Of a stretch of 64,000 nt of DNA, positions 13,158-24,614 are shown in pieces. Source of the DNA: Geosiphon pyriformis uo1 (taxonomy: Eukaryota; Fungi; Glomeromycota). Where the stretch lies: assembly GCA_016748015.1 (NCBI GenBank), contig JAAOMT010000276.1:496001-560000 (forward strand), given 5' to 3'. The notes below the pieces were generated by a model. That model was not told the origin of the DNA. It was given only the letters and a program-made list of their open reading frames with translations, and did no database searches. Both the position numbers and the translations under genes were made by a program. Every line of letters starts with the position of its first letter. The first letter of the stretch is position 1.

Positions 13158-13731
13158 CCAGGAAATCAGAAAGTAAAGAAATTGTTTGTACTGTCAACAA
13201 ATGATCACACACTGGTATAATTCTATATCTCATGTTGGCACTTTTAGAATTTAATATCAGATATCAAATGTACTTTTTAGTTATATTTTATTCAATAATC
13301 TTCAAATGCTATAATTACATGTTTCAGGAAAAAGGTAAAAAATAACCAACAAGTAATCTTTTATCTCAAGATGTTTAGATATTTGAAGATAGGAAAAGGG
13401 AAATTAGCAATAAGAAAAAGATTAAAATAAAAGTTGTTATTTTATTTTTTATTTTTTTTTGATTCTTACATACTTTTCTACAGCTAAGAGATTCATTACT
13501 TATATAGCTATTAAAAGTGGTCAATAATCAGGTGAACAACTAGATCAATAATTAAATTAATGATTAAGTCAATAATCAGATTATTGATTAAGTCAACAGT
13601 CAGGTCATTGATTAGGTCAATGATCATTATCTAAAAATAGAGTGACTAATTATATAATATCAGTGGCTAATACATGTGATAATTAATAAGAAGTATAGGT
13701 TTCAACCATAACAGTATTTTTATAAATATAA

Positions 13732-13755
13732 ATATATATATATATATATATATAT
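13732..13755. repeat. (AT)n microsatellite
   Basis: Read directly from the sequence. Confidence 0.95.
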
Positions 13756-15043
13756 TTTTTAATATTAAAATAAAATTTTATTTTAGCTTTGTTTGTATTC
13801 AAATTATTAATTAAAAAATTTGCTAAATTTATTATTATAAACAAAAATATATTAAAAAAAATAGTTTATAAAAAAACAAAGTAAAAAAAAATTAAAATTA
13901 AAATTAATAATTTAAAAAATACTTTTTTTAAATATTTTAAAATAAGAAAAGTTGTTAAATAGTTTTATTATTGAATTTTTGTTAAAAATCTTTAAACTTT
14001 TTGTAATAATAACAATTACATTAAAACTAAATTTAATTGATTATTTTAAAAAAACTTTGAATAAAAAAAAGATTTTTTTAATAGCCAAAAACTGCATTAT
14101 GTTTTTATTATTTAATAAAAGCATTTTAAAAAAGTATTATTTAAATGTTTTTACTTTTAAAAAACTTTTTAAGTATTAACTATTAAAAACAATAAAAAAA
14201 AAGATGGTTACTTCTTTATTACTCTTTATTTTGGTTGTAATTATAAAAATACAAAAGAAAAAAAAGTTTTTGGTTTGAATAATTATATAAGCATTAAGAT
14301 TTATTTATATTAAAATTTATATTTAATAATTGTATTTATAAATTTCAATCTTTTTTATTTTTAAAAAATGATTTTCTATAAAATTTGATTGTTTTTTTAA
14401 TAATAATTATACTTGAAAAATTTTAAAATAACACTATTGAATTTAATATCAAATAATTGGAATTTTACTAACAAATTTTCATTAATTTAAAACAGCATAT
14501 GCAATTCAGTTTCCCTCGTGACCACATCTATGTTAGTGGACTATCTAATATATGCTGTTGTCATTAATCTCTCAAAACTTGCTTTAGATATTGTAATAAT
14601 AACAATAATTACGAACGAATATTACTGGCATTCAATAAAATTTTTAATTAGTGTTTCCTAGAACAGAATTCGCGCCACATGTTCTCCTTTAGAAAATCAT
14701 CTACAAATATATGTTTTCGTTGAAAAAGGCCGACGGATCCTATTGGCTTGTGCAATTTATTGGGAAGTTCACGATTTTCGTTCGTGTGTTAATGTGCGCC
14801 ACTACAAAGAATTAGATAAAACAGGGGTGACACTCACAAATCATTGTCCTGGGATAGGAAGATTATCGAGAATTATAGAATTGGACTTAATAATCTCGAA
14901 ATTCCCAATATCCTTTATAACCCCTCTCTCTTTTGTGTGCCAAACTTTGAGTTCCCGCTGTATTGTGACTTCGAATCACTACCATTCCTTCATTTCTAAA
15001 GTTTGAAACCCTGCAGCACCTGTTACCGTTCATTGTCCTTACA

Positions 15044-15090
<47 letters not shown>

Positions 15091-15117
15091 CATCATCATA
15101 TTCATCATCATCATCAA
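15044..15117. repeat. Compound (ATT)n-(ATC)n microsatellite upstream of the SUN gene
   Basis: Read directly from the sequence; it generates the spurious poly-I/poly-M ORF 14887-15117. Confidence 0.95.
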
Positions 15118-15500
15118 TATCCATAATTCGTGTTATTCGATGATTACGCGAGCAGGTACAGACGCATTGCACACGAGCATACTTTCCTCAATAATATGCA
15201 TGACTTTAAAGTGCATAACAAACTTGCTGTCTCCCTCTTTTTTTTTTTACAAAGTTCCTTAGTTTGATCCAATCATAGAAATACTTGAATCAATTGTTTT
15301 TTCGTCCCCATCAGTTGACAAACATAATAGACAAAAAACTTTCTTCATCGATCTTGAAATTTTGAACTGGGATTCAATTTGAACCTTGCCCCATAAGAAA
15401 CTTTTGAGATTTTTCACTTTCAAATTTCATATATATATAGCATTACTCGAAAAAGCATTAAGATTTTTAAATTACATTTTAAAAAGAAAAAAGAAAAGCA

Positions 15501-18200
15501 ATGCCAGGAAGACGAAAACAATACGAACCACCACCTTCATCAGGAGCAACTTCAGTAAACATCGCAACTGCTTTTAATCAAGCACGCACCGTGACACCTG
15601 TTAGAAATAGCGATAGTCGGACATCACGTCAAAGTTCACGAAAAGATCGTAGTATATCACCTGCTAGCAGTAGCAACGGTAGAAGCCTTCAATATGCTCC
15701 TTCACCAAAGTATACCACTTATTTGAAAGAAAGATCCCCAGTGGTCGATGACGCATATGGCTCAATGCTGGAGAGTGCCTTCTCAAGGGAAGAAGAGTTA
15801 TTGAGGGAATGGGAATTGGATCCCTCATTGAGCCCTCTTGGAAGAGAGAATGAGTATTTTAGTCAACACTATTCTGAAGAATCTGAACCAGAAGAAGTAA
15901 ACTCTGACTTACAAGTTGCCTCTGAAGTTTCAGATGCATACGAAGAAGAGGAAAAAGAAAAAGACAGTGAGGAAGAAGAAGAGGATGAACGAAATCCTAA
16001 TGAACATTACGATTCTCCAACTCCTCGGAGTTCACCTAGTTCCTGCGATTCACCCATGGTAGTTTCTGACATTCAAAAGCCCCCTGTGATAAATGCTTCT
16101 CGTGATATAAATTATTTAGGCACTGATAATGGTAATCGCACACTTGTATACGCGAGGCTACTGGGTCCATTGAAATTTGGATTGCGACTGCTTTTATGGC
16201 CATTAGAGATAGCATTACTTTTTATAGGATGGTGTTTATTTATCATATTAGCTACCATAAAAAAGACAGCATATTTTTTTTGGAGAAATCTTACCGGTCA
16301 TGGACAATATGTGGCAATACTTCAAACCGAAATCGACCCATCATCATCATCATCACCAGCTTTGGTTACAGTAGCTACTGTTTCTGGTCAACGTGGTACA
16401 AAGTATTGGTGGATATTTTGGATTCTGATCTTATTTTGGCTATTATGGTATTTGAGACTTGCAGGATATTTACGCGAAAATCAAACTCGATTCTGGCCAA
16501 TTACTTGGAGCGATCGAAACACACGGATTCCAGGATTCATGGATGGAACGAACAATCTTGAATATCTAAGAGAATTGATAAGAACAGAGGTGAGGTTGGA
16601 ATGCAGTGGCGATAATAAGAAATCATCTGCTGTCTCTCCTTCAACGGAACTTATTGAACCGAATATGATTGAATTCAAAGCTTTTATTTCCAAGGAGGTC
16701 AAGACTGCGTGTGAAGAAAATTCCGTTTTTCTTGAGAAACATCTTCAATCCCAGGTTGATAAGAATCTTGACTATGTAAAGAGTAAAGTCAAAAGTGATG
16801 TGACCACCGATGTGAATAATGACATTAGGGACATCAAAAACGGAGTAAAAATTAATATAGATGAAATTCGAACCAAAGTGACCAATGATATCTCTGGAAT
16901 AAAGAATGAAGTCAAAGACATAAGAGAAGTAATCAAAACCGACATTAGTAAGGTTAACAAGGAACTCACCAATGTTCGTAGCCAATTCAATAATAAGCTC
17001 AATAGCCTCAAGAGCGAACTTGAAAACGGGATCAAGACTGATATGAATTCAGAATTTATACAAATGAAAAACGAAATTAGATATGAATTTAGAGGTGATA
17101 TTAATGGGTTAGAAAAGGATATCAAATTGCTAAAGATTCAAGTTAAAGATGAAATTAAAGATGCTATTCATAGCCAAGTAAAGGGTGATTTTAGGAGTGA
17201 CTTAAAGAATGAAGTCAAGAACGAAGTAAGAAATGATATATCTAATGAAATCAAAACACAAATGTCAAAATCCAAATCTTTACGTACCACTACATCATGG
17301 AAAGGCGGCGAAGATATGATGGAAATCATTCGAACTGAAGCCAGAAAGATCGTCTCTGATGAACTTTTGGTATTTTCACAAGATAAATTAAATCGGCCTG
17401 ATTTTGCCCTACATTCAGGGGGCGCGAAAATTATTAGTCGATACACGAGTAAAACTTATGAACTTTGGCCAGATAAATGGTATCAAAAATTCTTTGCACA
17501 ATTATCCGGACAAGGGATTCTTCGAGGGAAACCGCCAGTAACCGCAATTTCACCAGATACTCATGTTGGACAATGTTGGCCTTTCCCCGGGAAAGAAGGT
17601 CAACTGGCTGTATTACTGAATCGAAGAGTTTACGTGACTGCTATCACATATGATCATGTCAGTAAACAAGTGACTGTGGACGTTATGAGTGCCCCAAAAG
17701 ATTTTGAAGTGTGGGGAATCATTGATGAAGGAGTGAGTAATAGTAATCGTGGATCCTTGGGTGGAGGTGGAGATGCTGGGGAGGAGAATGTTGATGATTT
17801 ATTTACCGAGACGGCAGAAGGTGATATGGAATCAACCGAAGAAGAATGTGGTTTCCGTGAAGATGGTCAATACGTCACACATAAAAATAATATTCCACCG
17901 ACAAGTAGTTCACAACGCCCCAGTGCATTAACAGAAATTGACCCGAAAACTGAGAATGCCACATCGGATGAATTGAAACTTGGATCATCACCGGCACACT
18001 TTTTCCTTGGTAGTTACACATATGATATTAACGGATTACCAGTGCAAACATTTGAAGTTCCAGAACAAATTCGAAGTGCTAATCGACCTATAAGAGCAAT
18101 TATAATGAAGGTTAATAGTAATTGGGGAAAACCCGGGTATACCTGTCTATACCGATTCCGTGTACATGGGGATCCGGCGGATAAAGTTGAAGTGCATTGA
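15501..18200 (+). CDS. sad1: SUN-domain (Sad1/UNC-84) inner nuclear membrane / spindle pole body protein, 899 aa, single exon
   Basis: Ser/Pro-rich and acidic N-terminus, two hydrophobic segments (~aa 225-253 and 302-322), long coiled coil, and a C-terminal SUN domain with PDFALHSGGAKII, GQCWPFPG, ITYDH, SAPKDFEVWG and SNWG..YTCLYRFRVHG. Intact ORF that retains CpG. Confidence 0.95.
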   Translation: MPGRRKQYEPPPSSGATSVNIATAFNQARTVTPVRNSDSRTSRQSSRKDRSISPASSSNGRSLQYAPSPKYTTYLKERSPVVDDAYGSMLESAFSREEELLREWELDPSLSPLGRENEYFSQHYSEESEPEEVNSDLQVASEVSDAYEEEEKEKDSEEEEEDERNPNEHYDSPTPRSSPSSCDSPMVVSDIQKPPVINASRDINYLGTDNGNRTLVYARLLGPLKFGLRLLLWPLEIALLFIGWCLFIILATIKKTAYFFWRNLTGHGQYVAILQTEIDPSSSSSPALVTVATVSGQRGTKYWWIFWILILFWLLWYLRLAGYLRENQTRFWPITWSDRNTRIPGFMDGTNNLEYLRELIRTEVRLECSGDNKKSSAVSPSTELIEPNMIEFKAFISKEVKTACEENSVFLEKHLQSQVDKNLDYVKSKVKSDVTTDVNNDIRDIKNGVKINIDEIRTKVTNDISGIKNEVKDIREVIKTDISKVNKELTNVRSQFNNKLNSLKSELENGIKTDMNSEFIQMKNEIRYEFRGDINGLEKDIKLLKIQVKDEIKDAIHSQVKGDFRSDLKNEVKNEVRNDISNEIKTQMSKSKSLRTTTSWKGGEDMMEIIRTEARKIVSDELLVFSQDKLNRPDFALHSGGAKIISRYTSKTYELWPDKWYQKFFAQLSGQGILRGKPPVTAISPDTHVGQCWPFPGKEGQLAVLLNRRVYVTAITYDHVSKQVTVDVMSAPKDFEVWGIIDEGVSNSNRGSLGGGGDAGEENVDDLFTETAEGDMESTEEECGFREDGQYVTHKNNIPPTSSSQRPSALTEIDPKTENATSDELKLGSSPAHFFLGSYTYDINGLPVQTFEVPEQIRSANRPIRAIIMKVNSNWGKPGYTCLYRFRVHGDPADKVEVH

Positions 18201-18697
18201 GATCTAATCATTTGAACAAGTGCTTTATCATTTCAATCCCATGATAATTACCCCAAAGATTCCATTATCAAATTAAAGTTCAAATCATGGTGTAATGTTA
18301 ATTTACCGCCTAAAAATGTACAAACTTTAATGACATTCATTTTTCGCATTTATGAAGTAATGTTGCGGCTCAATGATTCATTAATCACAAGTACTAAAGT
18401 GAACTTCAACTTTATTGGTAAATTGAATTGTTCTAAGGAGTTGACACGAGAGTTTGTAGAAAATTAATGAACTAATGATGGACGAAAAGGCTTCCTATAG
18501 AAAATGTTTTACGAGTAAAGAGCACTGATTGGTAACGAAAAATTGGGATATTGATAATTCGCAAACAGCTGAGAAAAATGGAAACTATATCACAGATAAA
18601 AGTCTAAATTGAATTTTATAATATGAAAGCAAATAGTATTAGTCATGTTTTAAGATTCAAGAGTGTGGAGTTAAAATTTTACCTTGGAATTGAGCCA

Positions 18698-19356
18698 TCA
18701 CTGGTCATCCTCCTTTTTCGTGGGTGCTTCTCTTTCTTCTTTTAACATTGATGCTCTGAACATTGCCTTGCGCCTGATAGCGTCACTTAGATGTCCAACA
18801 GGGTATAAAATTTTAAAATAATTCTGATCTTTAAAGAATTTATTATTCTTTAAGATTTTTGCCTCAGCCTTATCACGTCCCTCAATGAACTTTTGTTTTA
18901 TTGGTCCCCATTCATCTTCCGATCTCCCATTTTTGCACAGATAGTTATATTTTGATTCCATCTTATTGAGATCCTCACTAATCTTCTCCCGCCACAGACG
19001 ATCCTCCTCTCGTAGCCGAAGACGACAAGCCACATATCGTTCTGAAAGGACAATTTTCACTTCAGTATCACCAGACTTCCCAACTAAATGATGCCTAGTT
19101 TTGGTTTTGTTTAATGGAGAGGAAATGAACACGGAGTGAGGTTTTCTTTTTAGAAGGCCATCCATGTGTACTTCTGATTGATAAAAACAAGTTTAAGAAT
19201 AAGGAAAATGTCATAAACATGAGAATAAGGTAAAAGAAAGCCAAGGTGGTTACTTGTAGGCGGCAAAACTTCAATAAATCTTCTCTTTTGAGGGTGAGAT
19301 CTGTCCTTGTAGCATTTACGCTTAGCCGAAGCTCGCTGTTCATCATAATCAGACAT
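18698..19356 (-). CDS. Hypothetical basic protein, 192 aa, two exons (19356-19254 and 19173-18698)
   Basis: An 80-nt GTAACC...ATCAG intron (19174-19253) joins ORF 19150-19356 to ORF 18698-19165 in frame (...VLPPTK/VHMDGLL...). CpG-retaining, coding-like composition. No recognisable domain. Confidence 0.7.
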
Positions 19357-19424
19357 TGTTGGAAGGTATACTTGGGGCGTAAAGTGAGGATCTAAGAAAC
19401 GTAAAACTAAAGGAGTGATAGTCT

Positions 19425-19675
19425 ACGCGAAAAAAGTTGAAGAATCCACCACGGCCGAACTTCACGATTAATGAAATCAACGCGTCTAGTTACGAATTTC
19501 TTTATATGAGAAAATATAAATGCATCAAATTACGCGTCTAGGACGCTTTGATTTTACAAATGGCCCAAATGAGAGATTGAAAAAGACAGGTGGAATGAAA
19601 GGTGGACTCGGGAGTTGCGAATTCGAATCTGTTGAATGAATGATGTTAATGATGACCAATGTTCTTATTGGTTAA
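19425..19675 (-). promoter_or_regulatory. Promoter with MCB (ACGCGT x2), an SCB-like ACGCGAAA and CCAAT boxes
   Basis: ACGCGAAAA at 19425; ACGCGTCTAG at 19480 and 19532; CCAAT/ATTGG at ~19656-19671; 70-320 bp upstream of the ATG at 19356. Confidence 0.55.
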
Positions 19676-20071
19676 TGCTGAATATACATTTTCTTAACAA
19701 TACTTGTTATACACAACAATTTAAATATTTCAAAAAATAAAAAAAATAAAAAATAAAACAATACATAATATTTAATATTTAATATTTAATATATGAAATT
19801 TAATTGGCTGTAATATAAGACTAATTTATAAGTTTTAACAATAAAAATAAACACAATTAAATTATAATTAATTAATATATATTGTAAAAAAATTTTGTGT
19901 TATTAATTTGAAAAAAACATGTTAATAAGTAAAAATATTAAAGTTTTTAGTAAAGTTTCTGATATTAAATTAAAGCTTGCCAATTTATGACAATATGCTA
20001 TTATTTATTTTAAAACTTTTAAAATTGTTAAAACTGTTTTTGTTTACTAATAATATAAAATTGATTTTTTA

Positions 20072-21180
20072 CAGTCAGATCTCTATAAAAGAACACAATT
20101 AGAACATGCAAATTATGTTTTATTTTAGAGGTGTTCTATTATAAAGTTTTATAATAATAATTATTATTATTATTAAAATATTGATTAATTATTACCTTTT
20201 TTTAGAATTTTCTTTCATTTTTTTGTATTTATATAATTTTTTCTAAGTAAATTTTGGTTTTCTATACTAAAATTTTCTTTTACTAATTGCTTTAAATCTA
20301 ATTATCTTTTTTAATGCTTTATATGCTTCTGTAATTGTAATTATAGCAGATGAAAATTTTTTAAATTCTTTTTCTAAGTTATTAATTGTATTAATTTTAA
20401 TTTGAATATTGGCTAAAACCATATCTACAATTTTATTATCATTAAGAATATTTTCAGTTGCCAATAATTCATCAATTGCTACAGTATAATTTTTGAAATT
20501 TGACCAATTGTTGTGTATTTGATGGTAAATTGTTGAATATATCTATAGCAATTGATGTTTCGGATCTTGAATTTTTAATTCTTAATTATAGAAAAGAATA
20601 TCTATTTTTTGCTGACAATTTTGAATTATAATAGATATTACTTAAAACCATGATTGAACAACATAATTAATTGCTTGTTTTTTGTTTAATTTATTTTTAA
20701 AAAATAAATTAATATTAGATAAAATTATATAATATATAATAATAATAATTCTGTATATATTATATTACTTATTTGTTTAATATTAATTTTTTGTTCAAAT
20801 TAATATAAAATATGTTAACAATATAAGTACTTATATTTATCTTTGAAAAATTTAATACTGCCAGCATTTATTGGTTAAAGATATAATATAGTATTTGAAA
20901 AAAATAGTGCAAAGTAATATTGATTAATTAGAATAAATTTTTTTTGATTTGAGTATGATGAAAAATTGCATTATTAACCAAAAGTAATATATGTTGATTT
21001 TGAATTTGAAAGCCTTTATTTATATATTTAAGTCATGTTTTTCATATATTTTGCTAAGCACACAAGACATTTATTCTAATAAACATTTCTTAAACTGAGT
21101 TCATTTTGAATTATTAGTATTCTTAATACAAAATTTTTATTAATTTTTATTAGTTTGCTTATAAATTGCATTCAAGTATT
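20072..21180 (-). mobile_element. pogo/Tigger-like (DDE_1) DNA transposon relic, 3' part
   Basis: Minus-strand relics LLVNNAIFH, LFFSNTILYL*PINAG, KQAINYVVQSW and IIQNCQQKIDI match the pogo motifs LLVDNA.H, LPPNTT..LQP.D.G and W...I.NCW. TA + CAGTCAGATCTCTAT TIR-like end at 20070-20100. Confidence 0.7.
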
Positions 21181-22910
21181 TATTTAAAAAACTATTTAAG
21201 CCAATTGAAACCACAACAACCAAATAATTAGTATTGAAGAAATCAGAAATACCATTAATTTTATGCCTAATTACTGTTGTTAAAAGATATTTATTAACTA
21301 AAATGTAGTTAATAGTTTTTCTTAAACTTTTTGAATTGCTTTATGTCAAAATTTTAGCAATTGAATTATCTATTAGAGAATTATACAAATCTAAATCAAA
21401 ACATTTTTTGAAATTTATGCTATGTTTTATATTATCTTCATTGAAATTATCTTTTATAATCACATAAAAACTTAAACTAATTACTTTGACAATACAAAAA
21501 TTTATTACAAAAGTTTGATTAAACTGCATACTTATTAAAGCTTCAACATAGAAACCCAAAACTGTTACTAAAATTGTATTGTTAAATAATAAACAAATCA
21601 AAAATAAATGGCCTGAAATCTTAGAGACTTTATAAACATACTAAGCAAGAGCATTATTTATTACTATAATTTTTTCTGAATCCAGATACCAAAGTTCAAA
21701 CCAAAAACAAAAACTTTTAAATTTAGAAATTTGTTTTTAATAGAAAATTTAGCCTGTTTTTTCAACTTTGTCTTAGTAATTATGGAAACCAAATTGCCAA
21801 AATTATTATACTATCTAATAATATTTTTTTGTTTAGCTAAATTGTTTATTTCTCTAATATTGCACATTGAAAATTTCCATATAAAATTGGTTATTAAGAT
21901 AAAAAAATTTGAGCCAGTACACAATAGATCTAACTTTGCTAAAACTAAACTAACAAAAGTCTTAAAATCAATTCCAGACTGTCTATCTTAATGATTAAAA
22001 CTTTTAAACTGTTTGAATCTAATACTGATGCTTTAGCAAAAGCTAAAGAAAAAAATAGAAACAAAATCTGTAAATTGTTTAAAACCATGCTTGTATCTAG
22101 ATCTATATTAAAAATTGATAGATTTATAGAAATGTAAAAAAAAAACCATTGACATCAATTCCATATTACTAAGTTTACATACAATAGCAGATATTTGATT
22201 AACCAGCAGCTTTAAGAAACATTTTAAGAAAACCAGACAAGCACTTATAAAAAAATTATTTGGCAAAACAGAAAAAACTTTTCTATTAAAACCTAAAGCA
22301 TTAGAAAGAGAAAACCCAGAACCAAAACCAGAATACAATTTGTTAAAAACAGAAACCACTAAAACCACCTAAGCTTATAATTTGCTACCAAAAACAGCAT
22401 ATTAAAAGATAAAAACATTTCTTTTAACATACAATCTGGCCAGCTTAAAATAATTATTATCCAAAACAAATTTTTTAAATACTTTTAAAAACAAAGAGGT
22501 GGAAAAATCAGATATATTACATTCTAAAGCAAAATGTTTAAAATATTTATATTTCTTATATTAAACTAAATCCATTCTAGTTCAAAAAAGTTTCATATCA
22601 CCAAAAATTGGCTCTATGTAAAAAGCAAATTCTAGTTTCTTATTTGATTCAAAACCAATTATAGCACAACAAATCTTATTGCCAGTTTTGAATAATTAAT
22701 TTATGATACAAGTTTTTTTACCAGTCTTCTTTAATAGAATATCAAAATTATAAGCAGTTGTTCTTACAAACAAAGTAAATAGAAGTATTTTAAACTGATT
22801 TTTAAACATTCAAACATCATAATTTCCTATAGTTTTTGTCATATGTACTGAATTTTTTCTGATTAAGAATAATTATTTAACTGTTAATTAATCTGTTTGA
22901 ACCAATTTAG

Positions 22911-24614
22911 TGTTACAAATAATTATTTGGAATATTAAAACAAATAACAAACTCATAATTTAGTGCTTAATAACTGACAATATTGATAATTTCTGAAGGT
23001 TTTGGAGTCTAAAAGTTTTGGTTGAGTTCTTTGTATAATAAACAAAGATTTAATTAATGGTTTCTTTCATGAATTTTTTTTTCAGCATAATAGCTGGTTT
23101 AATTTAACAGTCATGCTCTTTTAATAAGCTATCCTTAAATTTTTATTCTTATTTCCAGTATTATAAGTTATTATTTAGGATGTTAGAACAAATAACAAAC
23201 TCATAACTTAGTGCTTAATAGTTGAAAATATTAGTAATTTTGAAGATTTTAAAGTCTAAAGATTTTGGTTAAGTTTTTTGTATAATAAACAAAAATTCAA
23301 TTAATGATTTCTTCCATAAATTTTTTTTTTAGCATAATAGCCAGTTTATTTTAACAGTTGTGTTTTTTTAATAAGTTATTCTTAAATTTCTACTCTTATT
23401 TCTGGGTTTTTTATAAGACTATCCTTGATGTTAAATATTCAGCACTTAATTTTTTTAATTAATTAGCAAACAACAAAGAACAAAAGAAAAGAAAATAAAA
23501 AATTAGTATATTATCAATAGTTATAATCAAGAGCTATTGATTCAAGTATTAGATTCTATTAACATGGAATGTTAATAATGTAAAATTGATTAATATTTTT
23601 TAATCAAATAATAATATCATAAATTCAAATAATAATTGATATTTTATTAATGTATAGTTTGATTTCACTTTAAGTTATAGAAAACTACCTTTTGAAAGAA
23701 GAGGTATTGGATAATTAATGGTTTTTAACTGATTTGTCTCAATTAATTCTGTTTTTTCTGCTTCTAATACTTTTACTATATATACATAATTTTTGTTATA
23801 TGAAATCTTATATTTTCTTGAGCAATATGCCTTATTTTCATTAACAATGTGCTTATTGCTAAGCAATATGTCATGATTTTTAACAATGTGCTTATTGCTA
23901 AGCAGTATGCCATAATTTACTAACAATGTATTTATTGTTAAGCAATGTGTCATAATTTTTTATCATTGTGCTTATTTACTAAGTTTTATTCTCTTATTGG
24001 TTTATTTTTTTATTTGTTTTTCCTACTTTTTTTTTTGTACTTTTTTATAAATAATATTAGATCTTTTATTAGGCTACTCTTGACATTAATTATTTAGTGC
24101 TTAAGCTTTTTAATTGATTTAGTAAACAACAAAGAAATGAAACAAAAAAAATAAAAATAAAAAAAAATTAGTATTTTATTAATAGCCATAATCAAGAGCT
24201 ATTGGTTTAATATAATTAAGTGCTGAATTTTATTAACATGAAGTATTGATAATAAATAAGTAATTAATATTCTTAATCAAGCAATAATATCATGGATTGG
24301 ATAATAATTAAATATTTATTTAATATTAATATGTTTTCATTTCAAGTTATAAAAAACTATTTTTTAAAGAGAAGATATTGGGGTTTTGAATTCTATCAAA
24401 TTCTGAATACTTTTCTGCTTTTAATACTCTTATTATATATATATAATTTGTATTATAAGAGATTTTTAGAGAATTCCGCAATTTTTTAAAAGAATCCTAG
24501 AATTTTAGAATCTTGCAATTTCTTAAAAAATTCCTAAAATTTTCTATTTTACTATACCTATTTTTGATTGGCTATTTTACCTATTATTATAATTCTTAAT
24601 TTCTATGAATAAGA
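22911..24614 (-). mobile_element. Solo LTR (C group) inserted in LINE ORF1
   Basis: Starts TGTTACAAATAATTATTTGG, homologous to the reverse complement of the 49664 end. Ends ...CTATGAATAAGA. LINE frame resumes on both sides. Confidence 0.75.
23159..24056 (-). mobile_element. Second C-group solo LTR nested inside the first
   Basis: Repeats the 22911 start sequence; flanks CCAG/TTAG (decayed TSD); host LTR resumes at 24057. Confidence 0.75.

Larger units (their letters stand above)
5175..13713 (-). mobile_element. Ty3/Gypsy family A, copy A2 (full-length structure, decayed)
   Basis: LTRs 5175-5864 and 12080-13713, both TGTTAT...ATAACA; the second is interrupted by a solo LTR. PBS 12055-12073; purine tract next to 5864. 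Relic ORFs for gag (11536-12027, 10952-11272), protease (9690-10352), RT/RNase H (8104-8664) and integrase (6865-7758). Confidence 0.93.

Noticed and set aside
13952-14179. Short F/L/K/I-rich ORFs in AT tracts (also 21731, 24292, 35227, 60878)
   Set aside because: Compositional artefacts or antisense TE frames with no domain support.
14887-15117. 76-aa poly-Met/poly-Ile ORF
   Set aside because: Artefact of the (ATT)n(ATC)n microsatellite.
16196-17446. Several overlapping or antisense ORFs within the SUN gene
   Set aside because: Shadow ORFs of a coiled-coil coding region; no motifs.
17733-17934. Possible GTGAGT...TAACAG intron in the SUN insertion
   Set aside because: 202 nt would frameshift the conserved SUN C-terminus; the unspliced frame is open and coding-like.
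18586-18682. Splice-donor-like AAG/GTAAAA just after the orphan gene's stop
   Set aside because: No convincing downstream coding exon; at most a 3' UTR intron, which cannot be supported without RNA data.
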